Shown one piece after another: positions 10,619 to 24,100 of a DNA stretch of 64,000 nucleotides. Every line of letters starts with the position of its first letter. The stretch's first letter is position 1. Location: NCBI RefSeq assembly GCF_009914755.1, contig NC_060935.1; one strand, 5' to 3'. A program made the position numbers and the translations under genes. The notes below the pieces were generated by a model that made no database searches, had not been told where the DNA came from, and was given only the letters and a program-made list of their open reading frames with translations. Source of the DNA: the human T2T-CHM13v2.0 reference genome, Homo sapiens.

Positions 10619-13600
10619 CATTGTGAGAAACTTCTTTGTGATGTTTGCATTCAACTCACAGAGTTGAACCTTGCTTTCATAGTTCAGCTTTCAAACACTC
10701 TTTTTGTAGAACCTGCAAGTGCATATTTGGACCACTTTGTGGCCTTCCTTCGAAACGGGTATATCTTCACATCAAACCTAGACAGAAGCATTCTCAGAAT
10801 GTTTCCTGTGAAGACTGCATTCAACTCACAGAGATGAACAATCCTGTTGATGGAGCACTTTGGAAACTGTCTTTCTTGGGATTCTGCAAGTTGATATGTG
10901 GACCTCTGTGAAGATTTCGTTGGAAACGTGTTCATCTTCACAGAAAAACTAAACAGAAGCATTCTCAAAAACTACTTTGTGATGTTTGTGTTCCACTTCA
11001 AGAATTGAACTTTCCTCTTGACAGAGCAGCTCTGAAAACCTCTTTTTCTAGAATCTGCAAGTGGACATTTGGAGGGCTTTGAGGCCTGTGGTGGAAAAGG
11101 AAAATCTTCACATAAAAACTAGATGGAAGCATTCTCAGAAACTACTTTGTGATGATTGCATTCGACTCACAGAGTTGAACATTCCTATAGATAGAGCAGG
11201 TTGTAAACAATCTTTTTGTAGAATCTGCGATTGGAGATTTGGACTGCTTTGAGGCCTACTGTAGTAAAGGAAATAACTTCATCTAAAAACCAAACGGAAG
11301 CATTCACAGACAATTCTTAGTGATCATTGGATTGAACTAACACAGCTGAAAATTCCTTTAGATGGAGCAGTTTCCAAACACACTTTCTGTAGAATCTGCA
11401 AGTGGATATTTGGACCTCTCTGAGGATTTCGTTGGAAACGGGATAAACTTCCCAGAACTACACGGAAGCATTCTGAGAAACTTCTTTGTGATGTTTGCAT
11501 TCAACTCACAGAGTTGAACCTTGCTTTCATAGTTCAGCTTTCAAACACTCTTTTTGTAGAATCTGCAAGTGGATATTTGGACCACTTTGTGGCCTTCCTT
11601 CGAAACGGGTATATCTTCACATCAAACCTAGACAGAAGCATTCTCAGAATGTTTCCTGTGATGACTGCATTCAACTCACAGAGGTGAACAATCCTGCTGA
11701 TGGAGCAGTTTTGAAACTCTCTTTCTTTGGATTCTGCAAGTGGATATGTGGACCTCTGTGAAGATTTCGTTGGAAACGGGTTCATCTTCACAGAAAAACT
11801 AAACAGGAGCATTCTCAGAAACTGCTTTGTGATGTTTGTGTTCCACTTAAAGAATTGAACTTTCCTCTTGACAGAGCAGCTCTGAAACCCTCTTTTTCTA
11901 GAATCTGCAAGTGGACATTTGGAGGGCTTTGAGGCCTGTGGTGGAAAAGGAAAATCTTCACATAAAAACTTTATGGAAGCATTCTCAGAAACTTCTTTGT
12001 GATGATTGCATTCGACTCGCAGAGTTGAACATTCCTATAGATAGAGCAGGTTGTAAACAATCTTTTTGTAGAATCTGCGATTGGAGATTTGGACTGCTTT
12101 GAGGCCTACTGTAGTAAAGGAAATAACTTCATCTAAAAACCAAACGGAAGCATTCACAGACAATTCTTAGTGATCATTGCATTGAACTAACAGAGGTGAA
12201 CATTCCTTTAGATGGCGCAGTTTCCAAACACACTTTCTGTAGAATCTGCAAGTGGATATTTGGACCTCTCTGAGGATTTCGTTGGAAACGGTATAAACTT
12301 CCCAGAAATACACGGAAGCATTGTGAGAAAATTCTTTGTGATGTTTGCATTCAACTCACAGAGTTGAACCTTGCTTTCATAGTTCAGCTTTCAAACACTC
12401 TTTTTGTAGAATCTGCAAGTGGATATTTGGACCACTTTGTGGCCTTCCTTCGAAACGGGTATATCTTCCCATCAAACCTAGACAGAAGCATTCTCAGAAT
12501 GTTTCCTGTGATGACTGCATTCAACTCACAGAGGTGAACAATCCTGTTGATGGAGCACTTTTGAAACTCTCTTTCTTTGGATTCTGCAAGTGGATATGTG
12601 GATCTCTGTGAAGATTTCGTTGGAAACGGGTTCATCTTCACAGAAAAACTAAACAGAAGCATTCTCAGAAACTACTTTGTGATGTTTGTGTTCCACTTCA
12701 AGAATTGAACTTTCCTCTTGACAGAGCAGCTCTGAAACCCTCTTTTTCTAGAATCTGCAAGTGGACATTTGGAGGGCTTTGAGGCCTGTGGTGGAAAAGG
12801 AAAATCTTCACATAAAAACTAGATGGAAGCATTCTCAGAAACTACTTTGTGATGATTGCATTCGACTCACAGAGTTGAACATTCCTATAGATAGAGCAGG
12901 TTGTAAACAATCTTTTTGTAGAATCTGCGATTGGAGATTTGGACTGCTTTGAGGCCTACTGTAGTAAAGGAAATAACTTCATCTAAAAACCAAACGGAAG
13001 CATTCACAGACAATTCTTAGTGATCATTGCATTGAACTAACAGAGCTGAACATTCCTTTAGATGGCGCAGTTTCCAAACACACTTTCTGTAGAATCTGCA
13101 AGTGGATATTTGGACCTCTCTGAGGATTTCGTTAGAAAAGGGATAAACTTCCCAGAACTACACGGAAGCATGCTGAGAAACTTCTTTGTGATGTTTGCAT
13201 TCAACTCACAGAGTTGAACCTTGCTTTCATAGTTCAGCTTTCAAACACTCTTTTTGTAGAATCTGCAAGTGGATATTTGGACCACTTTGTGGCCTTCCTT
13301 CGAAACGGGTATATCTTCACATCAAACCTAGACAGAAGCATTCTCAGAATGTTTCCTGTGATGACTGCATTCAACTCACAGAGGTGAACAATCCTGCTGA
13401 TGGAGCAATTTTGAAACTCTCTTTCTTTGGATTCTGCAAGTGGATATGTGGACCTCTGTGAAGATTTCGTTGGAAACGGGTTCATCTTCACAGAAAAACT
13501 AAACAGAAGCATTCTCAGAAACTGCTTTGTGATGTTTGTGTTCCACTTCAGGAATTGAACTTTCCTCTTGACAGAGCAGCTCTGAAACCCTCTTATTCTA

Positions 13601-16600
13601 GAATCTGCAAGTGGACATTTGGAGGGCTTTGAGGCCTGTGGTGGAAAAGGAAAATCTTCACAGAAAAACTAGATGGAAGCATTCTCAGAAACTACTTTGT
13701 GATGATTGCATTCGACTCACAGAGTTGAACATTCCTATAGATAGAGCAGTTTGTAAACAATCTTTTTGTAGAATCTGCGATTGGAGATTTGGACTGCTTT
13801 GAGTCCTACTGTAGTAAAGGAAATAACTTCATCTAAAAACCAAACGGAAGCATTCACAGACAATTCTTAGTGATCATTGCATTGAACTAACAGAGCTGAA
13901 CATTCCTTTAGATGGAGCAGTTTCCAAACACACTTTCTGTAGAACCTGCAAGTGGATATTTGGACCTCTCTGAGGATTTCGTTGGAAACGGGATAAACTT
14001 CCCAGAACTACACGGAAGCATTGTGAGAAACTTCTTTGTGATGTTTGCATTCAACTCACAGAGTTGAACCTTGCTTTCATAGTTCAGCTTTCAAACACTC
14101 TTTTTGTAGAATCTGCAAGTGGATATTTGGACCACTTTGTGGCCTTCCTTCGAAACGGGTATATCTTCACATCAAACCTAGACAGAAGCATTCTCAGAAT
14201 GTTTCCTGTGATGACTGCATTCAACTCACAGAGGTGAACAATCCTGCTGATGGAGCAGTTTTGAAACTCTCTTTCTTTGGATTCTGCAAGTGGATATGTG
14301 GACCTCTGTGAAGATTTCGTTGGAAACGGGTTCATCTTCACAGAAAAACTAAACAGAAACATTCTCACAAACTGCTTTGTGATGTTTGTGTTCCACTTCA
14401 GGAATTGAACTTTCCTCTTGACAGAGCAGCTCTGAAACCCTCTTATTCTAGAATCTGCAAGTGGACATTTGGAGGGCTTTGAGGCCTGTGGTGGAAAAGG
14501 AAAATCTTCACATAAAAACTAGATGGAAGCATTCTCAGAAACTACTTTGTGATGATTGCATTCGACTCATAGATTTGAACATTCCTATAGATAGAGCAGG
14601 TTGTAAACAATCTTTTTGTAGAATCTGCGAATGGAGATTTGGACTGCTTTGAGGCCTACTGTAGTAAAGGAAATAACTTCATCTAAAAACCAAACGGAAG
14701 CATTCACAGACAATTCTTAGTGATCATTGGATTGAACTAACAGAGCTGAACATTCCTTTAGATGGCGCAGTTTCCAAACACACTTTCTGTAGAATCTGCA
14801 AGTGGATATTTGGACTTCTCTGAGGATTTCGTTGGAAACGGGATAAACTTCCCAGAACTACACGGAAGCATTGTGAGAAACTTCTTTGTGATGTTTGCAT
14901 TCAACTCACAGAGTTGAACCTTGCTTTCATAGTTCAGCTTTCAAACACTCTTTTTGTAGAATCTGCAAGTGGATATTTGGACCACTTTTTGGGCTTCCTT
15001 CGAAACGGGTATATCTTCACATCAAACCTAGACAGAAACATTCTCAGAATGTTTCCTGTGATGACTGCATTCAACTCACAGAGGTGAACAATCCTGCTGA
15101 TGGAGCAGTTTTGAAACTCTCTTTCTTTGGATTCTGCAAGTGGATATGTGGACCTCTGTGAAGATTTCGTTGGAAACGGGTTCATCTTCACAGAAAAACT
15201 AAACAGGAGCATTCTCAGAAACTGCTTTGTGATGTTTGTGTTCCACTTCAAGAATTTAACTTTCCTCTTGACAGAGCAGCTCTGAAACCCTATTTTTCTA
15301 GAATATGCAAGTGGACATTTGGAGGGCTTTGAGGCCTGTGGTGGAAAAGGAAAATCTTCACATAAAAACTAGATGGAAGCATTCTCAGAAACTACTTTGT
15401 GATGATTGCATTCGACTCACAGAGTTGAACATTCCTATAGATAGAGCAGGTTGTAAACAATCTTTTTCTAGAATCTGCGGTTGGAGATTTGGACTGCTTT
15501 GAGGCCTACTGTAGTAAAGGAAATAACTTCATCTAAAAACCAAACGGAAGCATTCACAGACAATTCTTAGTGATCATTGGATTGAACTAACAGAGCTGAA
15601 CATTCCTTTAGATGGAGCAGTTTCCAAACCCACTTTCTGTAGAATCTGCAAGTGGATATTTGGACTTCTCTGAGGATTTCGTTGGAAACGGGATAAACTT
15701 CCCAGAACTACAGGGAAGCATTGTGAGAAACTTCTTTGTGATGTTTGCATTCAACTCACAGAGTTGAACCTTGCTTTCATAGTTCAGCTTTCAAACACTC
15801 TTTTTGTAGAATCTGCAAGTGGATATTTGGACCACTTTGTGGCCTTCCTTCGAAACGGGTATATCTTCACATCAAACCTAGACAGAAGCATTCTCAGAAT
15901 GTTTCCTGTGAAGACTGCATTCAACTCACAGAGATGAACAATCCTGTTGATGGAGCACTTTGGAAACTCTCTTTCTTGGGATTCTGCAAGTTGATATGTG
16001 GACCTCTGTGAAGATTTCGTTGGAAACGGGTTCATCTTCACAGAAAAACTAAACAGAAGCATTCTGAAAAACTACTTTGTGATGTTTGTGTTCCACTTCA
16101 AGAATTGAACTTTCCTCTTGACAGAGCAGCTCTGAAACCCTCTTTTTCTAGAATCTGCAAGTGGACATTTGGAGGGCTTTGAGGCCTGTGATGGAAAAGG
16201 AAAATCTTCACATAAAAACTAGATGGAAGCATTCTCAGAAACTACTTTGTGATGATTGCATTCGACTCACAGAGTTGAACATTCCTATAGATAGAGCAGG
16301 TTGTAAACAATCTTTTTCTAGAATCTGCGATTGGAGATTTGGACTGCTTTGAGGCCTACTGTAGTAAAGGAAATAACTTCATCTAAAAACCAAACGGAAG
16401 CATTCACAGACAATTCTTAGTGATCATTGGATTGAACTAACACAGCTGAACATTCCTTTAGATGGAGCAGTTTCCAAACACACTTTCTGTAGAATCTGCA
16501 AGTGGATATTTGGACCTCTCTGAGGATTTCGTTGGAAACGGGATAAATTTCCCAAAACTACACGGAAGCATTCTGAGAAACTTCTTTGTGATGTTTGCAT

Positions 16601-18100
16601 TCAACTCACAGAGTTGAACCTTGCTTTCATACTTCAGCTTTCAAACACTCTTTTTGTAGAATCTGCAAGTGGATATTTGGACCACTTTGTGGCCTTCCTT
16701 CGAAACGGGTATATCTTCACATCAAACCTAGACAGAAGCATTCTCAGAATGTTTCCTGTGATGACTGCATTCAATTCACAGAGGTGAACAATCCTGCTGA
16801 TGGAGCAGTTTTGAAACTCTCTTTCTTTGGATTCTGCAAGTGGATATGTGGACCTCTGTGAAGATTTCGTTGGAAACGGGTTCATCTTCACAGAAAAACT
16901 AAACAGAAGCATTCTCAGAAACTGCTTTGTGATGTTTGTGTTCCACTTCAGGAATTGAACTTTCCTCTTGACAGAGCAGCTCTGAAACCCTCTTATTCTA
17001 GAATCTGCAAGTGGACATTTGGAGGGCTTTGAGGCCTGTGGTGGAAAAGGAAAATCTTCACATAAATACTAGATGGAAGCATTCTCAGAAACTACTTTGT
17101 GATGATTGCATTCGACTCACAGAGTTGAACATTCCTATAGATAGAGCAGGTTGTAAACAATCTTTTTGTAGAAAATGCGATTGGAGATTTGGACTGCTTT
17201 GAGGCCTACTGTAGTAAAGGAAATAACTTCATCTAAAAACCAAACGGAAGCATTCACAGACAATTCTTAGTGATCATTGGATTGAACTAACAGAGCTGAA
17301 CATTCCTTTAGATGGAGCAGTTGCCAAACCCACTTTCTATAGAATCTGCAAGTGGATATTTGGACTTCTCTGAGGATTTCGTGGGAAACGGGATAAACTT
17401 CCCAGAACTACACGGAAGCATTGTGAGAAACTTCTTTGTGATGTTTGCATTCAACTCACAGAGTTGAACCTTGCTTTCATAGTTCAGCTTTCAAACACTC
17501 TTTTTGTAGAATCTGTAAGTGGATATTTGGACCACTTTGTGGCCTTCCTTCGAAACGGGTATATCTCCACATCAAACCTAGACAGAAGCATTCTCAGAAT
17601 TTTTCCTATGATGACTGCATTCAACTCACAGAGGTGAACAATCCTGCTGATGGAGCAGTTTTGAAACTCTCTTTCTTTGGATTCTGCAAGTGGATATGTG
17701 GACCTCTGTGAAGATTTCGTTGGAAACGGGTTCATCTTCACAGAAAAACTAAACAGGAGCATTCTCAGAAACTGCTTTGTGATGTTTGTGTTCCACTTCA
17801 AGAATTGAACTTTCCTCTTGACAGAACAGCTCTGAAACCCTCTTTTTCTAGAATCTGCAAGTGGACATTTGGAGGGCTTTGAGGCCTGTGGTGGAAAAGG
17901 AAAATCTTCACATAAAAACTAGATGGAAGCATTCTCAGAAACTACTTTGTGATGATTGCATTCGACTCACAGAGTTGAACATTCCTATAGATAGAGCAGG
18001 TTGTAAACAATCTTTTTCTAGAATCTGCGATTGGAGATTTGGACTGCTTTGAGGCCTACTGTAGTAAAGGAAATAACTTCATCTAAAAACCAAACGGAAG

Positions 18101-21100
18101 CATTCACAGACAATTCTTAGTGATCATTGCATTGAACTAACAGAGCTGAACATTCCTTTAGATGGCGCAGTTTCCAAACACACTTTCTGTAGAATCTGCA
18201 AGTGGATATTTGGACCTCTCGGAGGATTTCGTTGGAAACGGGATAAACTTCCCAGAACTACACGGAAGCATTGTGAGAAACTTCTTTGTGATGTTTGCAT
18301 TCAACTCACAGAGTTGAACCTTGCTTTCATAGTTCAGCTTTCAAACACTCTTTTTGTAGAATCTGCAAGTGGATATTTGGACCACTTTGTGGCCTTCCTT
18401 CGAAACGGGTATATCTTCACATCAAACCTAGACAGAAGCATTCTCAGAATGTTTCCTGTGATGACTGCATTCAACTCACAGAGGTGAACAATCCTGCTGA
18501 TGGAGCAGTTTTGAAACTCTCTTTCTTTGGATTCTGCAAGTGGATATGTTGACCTCTGTGAAGATTTCGTTGGAAACGGGTTCATCTTCATAGAAAAACT
18601 AAACAGGAGCATTCTCAGAAACTGCTTTGTGATGTTTGTGTTCCACTTAAAGAATTGAACTTTCCTCTTGACAGAGCAGCTCTGAAACCCTCTTTTTCTA
18701 GAATCTGCAAGTGGACATTTGGAGGGCTTTGAGGCCTGTGGTGGAAAAGGAAAATCTTCACATAAAAACTTTATGGAAGCATTCTCAGAAACTTCTTTGT
18801 GATGATTGCATTCGACTCACAGAGTTGAACATTCCTATAGATAGAGCAGGTTGTAAACAATCTTTTTGTAGAATCTGCGATTGGAGATTTGGACTGCTTT
18901 GAGGCCTACTGTAGTAAAGGAAATTACTTCATCTAAAAACCAAACGGAAGCATTCACAGACAATTCTTAGTGATCATTGGATTGAACTAACAGAGCTGAA
19001 CACTCCTTTAGATGGAGCAGTTTCCAAACCCACTTTCTGTAGAATCTGCAAGTGGATATTTGGACTTCTCTGAGGATTTCGTTGGAAACGGGATAAACTT
19101 CCCAGAACTACACGGAAGCATTGTGAGAAACTTCTTTGTGATGTTTGCATTCAACTCACAGAGTTGAACCTTGTTTTCATAGTTCAGCTTTCAAACACTC
19201 TTTTTGTAGAATCTGCAAGTGGATATTTGGACCACTTTGTGGCCTTCCTTCGAAACGGGTATATCTTCACATCAAACCTAGACAGAAACATTCTCAGAAT
19301 GTTTCCTGTGATGACTGCATTCAACTCACAGAGGTGAACAATCCTGTTGATGGAGCACTTTTGAAACTCTCTTTCTTTGGATTCTGCAAGTTGATATGTG
19401 GACCTCTGTGAAGATTTCGTTGGAAACGGGTTCATCTTCACAGAAAAACTAAACAGAAGCATTCTCAGAAACTACTTTGTGATGTTTGTGTTCCACTTCA
19501 AGAATTGAACTTTCCTCTTGACAGAGCAGCTCTGAAACCCTCTTTTTCTAGAATCTGCAAGTGGACATTTGGAGGGCTTTGAGGCCTGTGGTGGAAAAGG
19601 AAAATCTTCACATAAAAACTAGATGGAAGCATTCTCAGAAACTACTTTGTGATGATTGCATTCGACGCACAGAGTTGAACATTCCTATAGATAGAGCAGG
19701 TTGTAAACAATCTTTTTGTAGAATCTGCGATTGGAGATTTGGATTGCTTTGAGGCCTACTGTAGTAAAGGAAATAACTTCATCTAAAAACCAAACGGAAG
19801 CATTCACAGAAAATTCTTAGTGATCATTGCATTGAACTAACAGAGGTGAACATTCCTTTAGATGGCGCAGTTTCCAAACACACTTTCTGTAGAATCTGCA
19901 AGTGGATATTTGGACCTCTCTGAGGATTTCGTTGGAAACGGGATAAACTTCCCAGAACTACACGGAAGCATTGTGAGAAACTTCTTTGTGATGTTTGCAT
20001 TCAACTCACAGAGTTGAACCTTGCTTTCATAGTTCAGCTTTCAAACACTCTTTTTGTAGAATCTGCAAGTGGATATTTGGACCACTTTGTGGCCTTCCTT
20101 CGAAACGGGTATATCTTCACATCAAACCTAGACAGAAGCATTCTCAGAATGTTTCCTGTGATGACTGCATTCAACTCACAGAGGTGAACAATCCTGCTGA
20201 TGGAGCAGTTTTAAACTCTCTTTCTTTGGATTCTGCAAGTGGATATGTGGACCTCTGTGAAGATTTCGTTGGAAACGGGTTCATCTTCACAGAAAAACTA
20301 AACAGGAGCATTCTCAGAAACTGCTTTGTGATGTTTGTGTTCCACTTTAAGAATTGAACTTTCCTCTTGACAGAGCAGCTCTGAAACCCTCTTTTTCTAT
20401 AATCTGCAAGTGGACATTTGGAGGGCTTTGAGGCGTGTGGTGGAAAAGGAAAATCTTCACATAAAAACTAGATGGAAGCATTCTCAGAAACTACTTTGTG
20501 ATGATTGCATTCGACTCACAGAGTTGAACATTCCTATAGATAGAGCAGGTTGTAAACAATCTTTTTGTAGAATCTGCGATTGGAGATTTGGACTGCTTTG
20601 AGGCCTACTGTAGTAAAGGAAATAACTTCATCTACAAACCAAACGGAAGCATTCACAGACAATTCTTAGTGATCATTGCATTGAACTAACAGCTGAACAT
20701 TCCTTTAGATGGAGCAGTTTCCAAACCCACTTTCTGTAGAATCTTCAAGTGGATATTTGGACTTCTCTGAGGATTTCGTTGGAAACGGGATAAACTTCCC
20801 AGAACTACACGGAAGCATTGTGAGAAACTTCTTTGTGATGTTTGCATTCAACTCACAGAGTTGAACCTTGCTTTCATAGTTCAGCTTTCAAACACTCTTT
20901 TTGTAGAATCTGCAAGTGGATATTTGGACCACTTTGTGGCCTTCCTTCGAAACGGGTATATCTTCCCATCAAACCTAGACAGAAGCATTCTCAGAATGTT
21001 TCCTGTGATGACTGCATTCAACTCACAGAGGTGAACAATCCTGTTGATGGAGCACTTTTGAAACTCTCTTTCTTTGGATTCTGCAAGTTGATATGTGGAC

Positions 21101-24100
21101 CTCTGTGAAGATTTCGTTGGAAACGGGTTCATCTTCACAGAAAAACTAAACAGAAGCATTCTCAGAAACTACTTTGTGATGTTTGTGTTCCACTTCTAGA
21201 ATTGAACTTTCCTCTTGACAGAGCAGCTCTGAAACCCTCTTTTTCTAGAATCTGCAAGTGGACATTTGGAGGGCTTTGAGGCCTGTGGTGGAAAAGGAAA
21301 ATCTTCACATAAAAACTAGATGGAAGCATTCTCAGAAACTACTTTGTGATGATTGCATTCGACTCACAGAGTTGAACATTCCTATAGATAGAGCAGGTTG
21401 TAAACAATCTTTTTCTAGAATCTGCGATTGGAGATTTGGACTGCTTTGAGGCCTACTGTAGTAAAGGAAATAACTTCATCTAAAAACCAAACGGAAGCAT
21501 TCACAGACAATTCTTAGTGATCATTGCATTGAACTAACAGAGCTGAACATTCCTTTAGATGGCGCAGTTTCCAAACACACTTTCTGTAGAATCTGCAAGT
21601 GGATATTTGGACCTCTCTGAGGATTTCGTTGGAAACGGGATAAACTTCCCAGAACTACACGGAAGCATGCTGAGAAACTTCTTTGTGATGTTTGCATTCA
21701 ACTCACAGAGTTGAACCTTGCTTTCATAGTTCAGCTTTCAAACACTCTTTTTGTAGAATCTGCAAGTGGATATTTGGACCACTTTGTGGCCTTCCTTCGA
21801 AACGGGTATATCTTCACATCAAACCAAGACAGAAGCATTCTCAGAATGTTTCCTGTGATGACTGCATTCAACTCACAGAGGTGAACAATCCTGCTGATGG
21901 AGCAATTTTGAAACTCTCTTTCTTTGGATTCTGCAAGTGGATATGTGGACCTCTGTGAACATTTCGTTGGAAACGGGTTCATCTTCACAGAAAAACTAAA
22001 CAGAAGCATTCTCAGAAACTGCTTTGTGATGTTTGTGTTCCACTTCAGGAATTGAACTTTCCTCTTGACAGAGCAGCTCTGAAACCCTCTTATTCTAGAA
22101 TCTGCAAGTGGACATTTGGAGGGCTTTGAGGCCTGTGGTGGAAAAGGAAAATCTTCACATAAAAACTAGATGGAAGCATTCTCAGAAACTACTTTGTGAT
22201 GATTGCATTCGACTCACAGAGTTGAACATTCCTATAGATAGAGCAGGTTGTAAACAATCTTTTTGTAGAATCTGCGATTGGAGATTTGGACTGCTTTGAG
22301 TCCTACTGTAGTAAAGGAAATAACTTCATCTAAAAACCAAACGGAAGCATTCACAGACAATTCTTAGTGATCATTGGATTGAACTAACAGAGCTGAACAT
22401 TCCTTTAGATGGCGCAGTTTCCAAACACACTTTCTGTAGAATCTGCAAGTGTATATTTGGACTTCTCTGAGGATTTCGTTGGAAACGGGATAAACTTCCC
22501 AGAACTACACGGAAGCATTGTGAGAAACTTCTTTGTGATGTTTGCATTCAACTCACAGAGTTGAACCTTGCTTTCATAGTTCAGCTTTCAAACACTCTTT
22601 TTGTAGAATCTGCAAGTGGATATTTGGACCACTTTTTGGGCTTCCTTCGAAACGGGTATATCTTCACATCAAACCTAGACAGAAACATTCTCAGAATGTT
22701 TCCTGTGATGACTGCATTCAACTCACAGAGGTGAACAATCCTGCTGATGGAGCAGTTTTGAAACTCTCTTTCTTTGGATTCTGCAAGTGGATATGTGGAC
22801 CTCTGTGAAGATTTCGTTGGAAACGGGTTCATCTTCACAGAAAAACTAAACAGGAGCATTCTCAGAAACTGCTTTGTGATGTTTGTGTTCCACTTCAAGA
22901 ATTGAACTTTCCTCTTGACAGAACAGCTCTGAAACCCTCTTTTTCTAGAATCTGCAAGTGGACATTTGGAGGGCTTTGAGGCCTGTGGTGGAAAAGGAAA
23001 ATCTTCACATAAAAACTAGATGGAAGCATTCTCAGAAACTACTTTGTGATGATTGCATTCGACTCACAGAGTTGAACATTCCTATAGATAGAGCAGGTTT
23101 TAAACAATCTTTTTCTAGAATCTGCGATTGGAGATTTGGACTGCTTTGAGGCCTACTGTAGTAAAGGAAATAACTTCATCTAAAAACCAAACGGAAGCAT
23201 TCACAGACAATTCTTAGTGATCATTGCATTGAACTAACAGAGCTGAACATTCCTTTAGATGGCGCAGTTTCCAAACACACTTTCTGTAGAATCTGCAAGT
23301 GGATATTTGGACCTCTCGGAGGATTTCGTTGGAAACGGGATAAACTTCCCAGAACTACACGGAAGCATTGTGAGAAACTTCTTTGTGATGTTTGCATTCA
23401 ACTCACAGAGTTGAACCTTGCTTTCATAGTTCAGCTTTCAAACACTCTTTTTGTAGAATCTGCAAGTGGATATTTGGACCACTTTGTGGCCTTCCTTCGA
23501 AACGGGTATATCTTCACATCAAACCTAGACAGAAGCATTCTCAGAATGTTTCCTGTGATGACTGCATTCAACTCACAGAGGTGAACAATCCTGCTGATGG
23601 AGCAGTTTTGAAACTCTCTTTCTTTGGATTCTGCAAGTGGATATGTGGACCTCTGTGAAGATTTCGTTGGAAACGGGTTCATCTTCACAGAAAAACTAAA
23701 CAGGAGCATTCTCAGAAACTGCTTTGTGATGTTTGTGTTCCACTTAAAGAATAGAACTTTTCTCTTGACAGAGCAGCTCTGAAACCCTCTTTTTCTAGAA
23801 TCTGCAAGTGGACATTTGGAGGGCTTTGAGGCCTGTGGTGGAAAAGGAAAATCTTCACATAAAAACTTTATGGAAGCATTCTCAGAAACTTCTTTGTGAT
23901 GATTGCATTCGACTCACAGAGTTGAACATTCCTATAGATAGAGCAGGTTGTAAACAATCTTTTTGTAGAATCTGCGATTGGAGATTTGGACTGCTTTGAG
24001 GCCTACTGTAGTAAAGGAAATTACTTCATCTAAAAACCAAACGGAAGCATTCACAGACAATTCTTAGTGATCATTGGATTGAACTAACAGAGCTGAACAC

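Larger units (their letters stand above)
10284..11300 (+). repeat. Structural variant HOR: 1,017-bp 6-mer (monomers 1, 2/1 hybrid, 2, 3, 4, 5)
   Basis: The period jumps from 850 to 1017 (ORFs 9628 to 10645). The monomer 2 start CATTGTGAGAAAC occurs at both 10452 and 10619. Confidence 0.95.
3599..17532 (+). repeat. Tandem duplication of 6,967 bp (3599-10565 and 10566-17532)
   Basis: Rare variants recur at a 6,967 offset: AAGTGCATA (~3754/10721), AAACGTG (~3962/10929), GAAAATTCC (~4384/11351), CATAGATTTG (~7603/14570), AGAATATG (~8338/15305), GTGATGGAAA (~9224/16191), CATAAATACT (~10100/17067). Confidence 0.9.
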
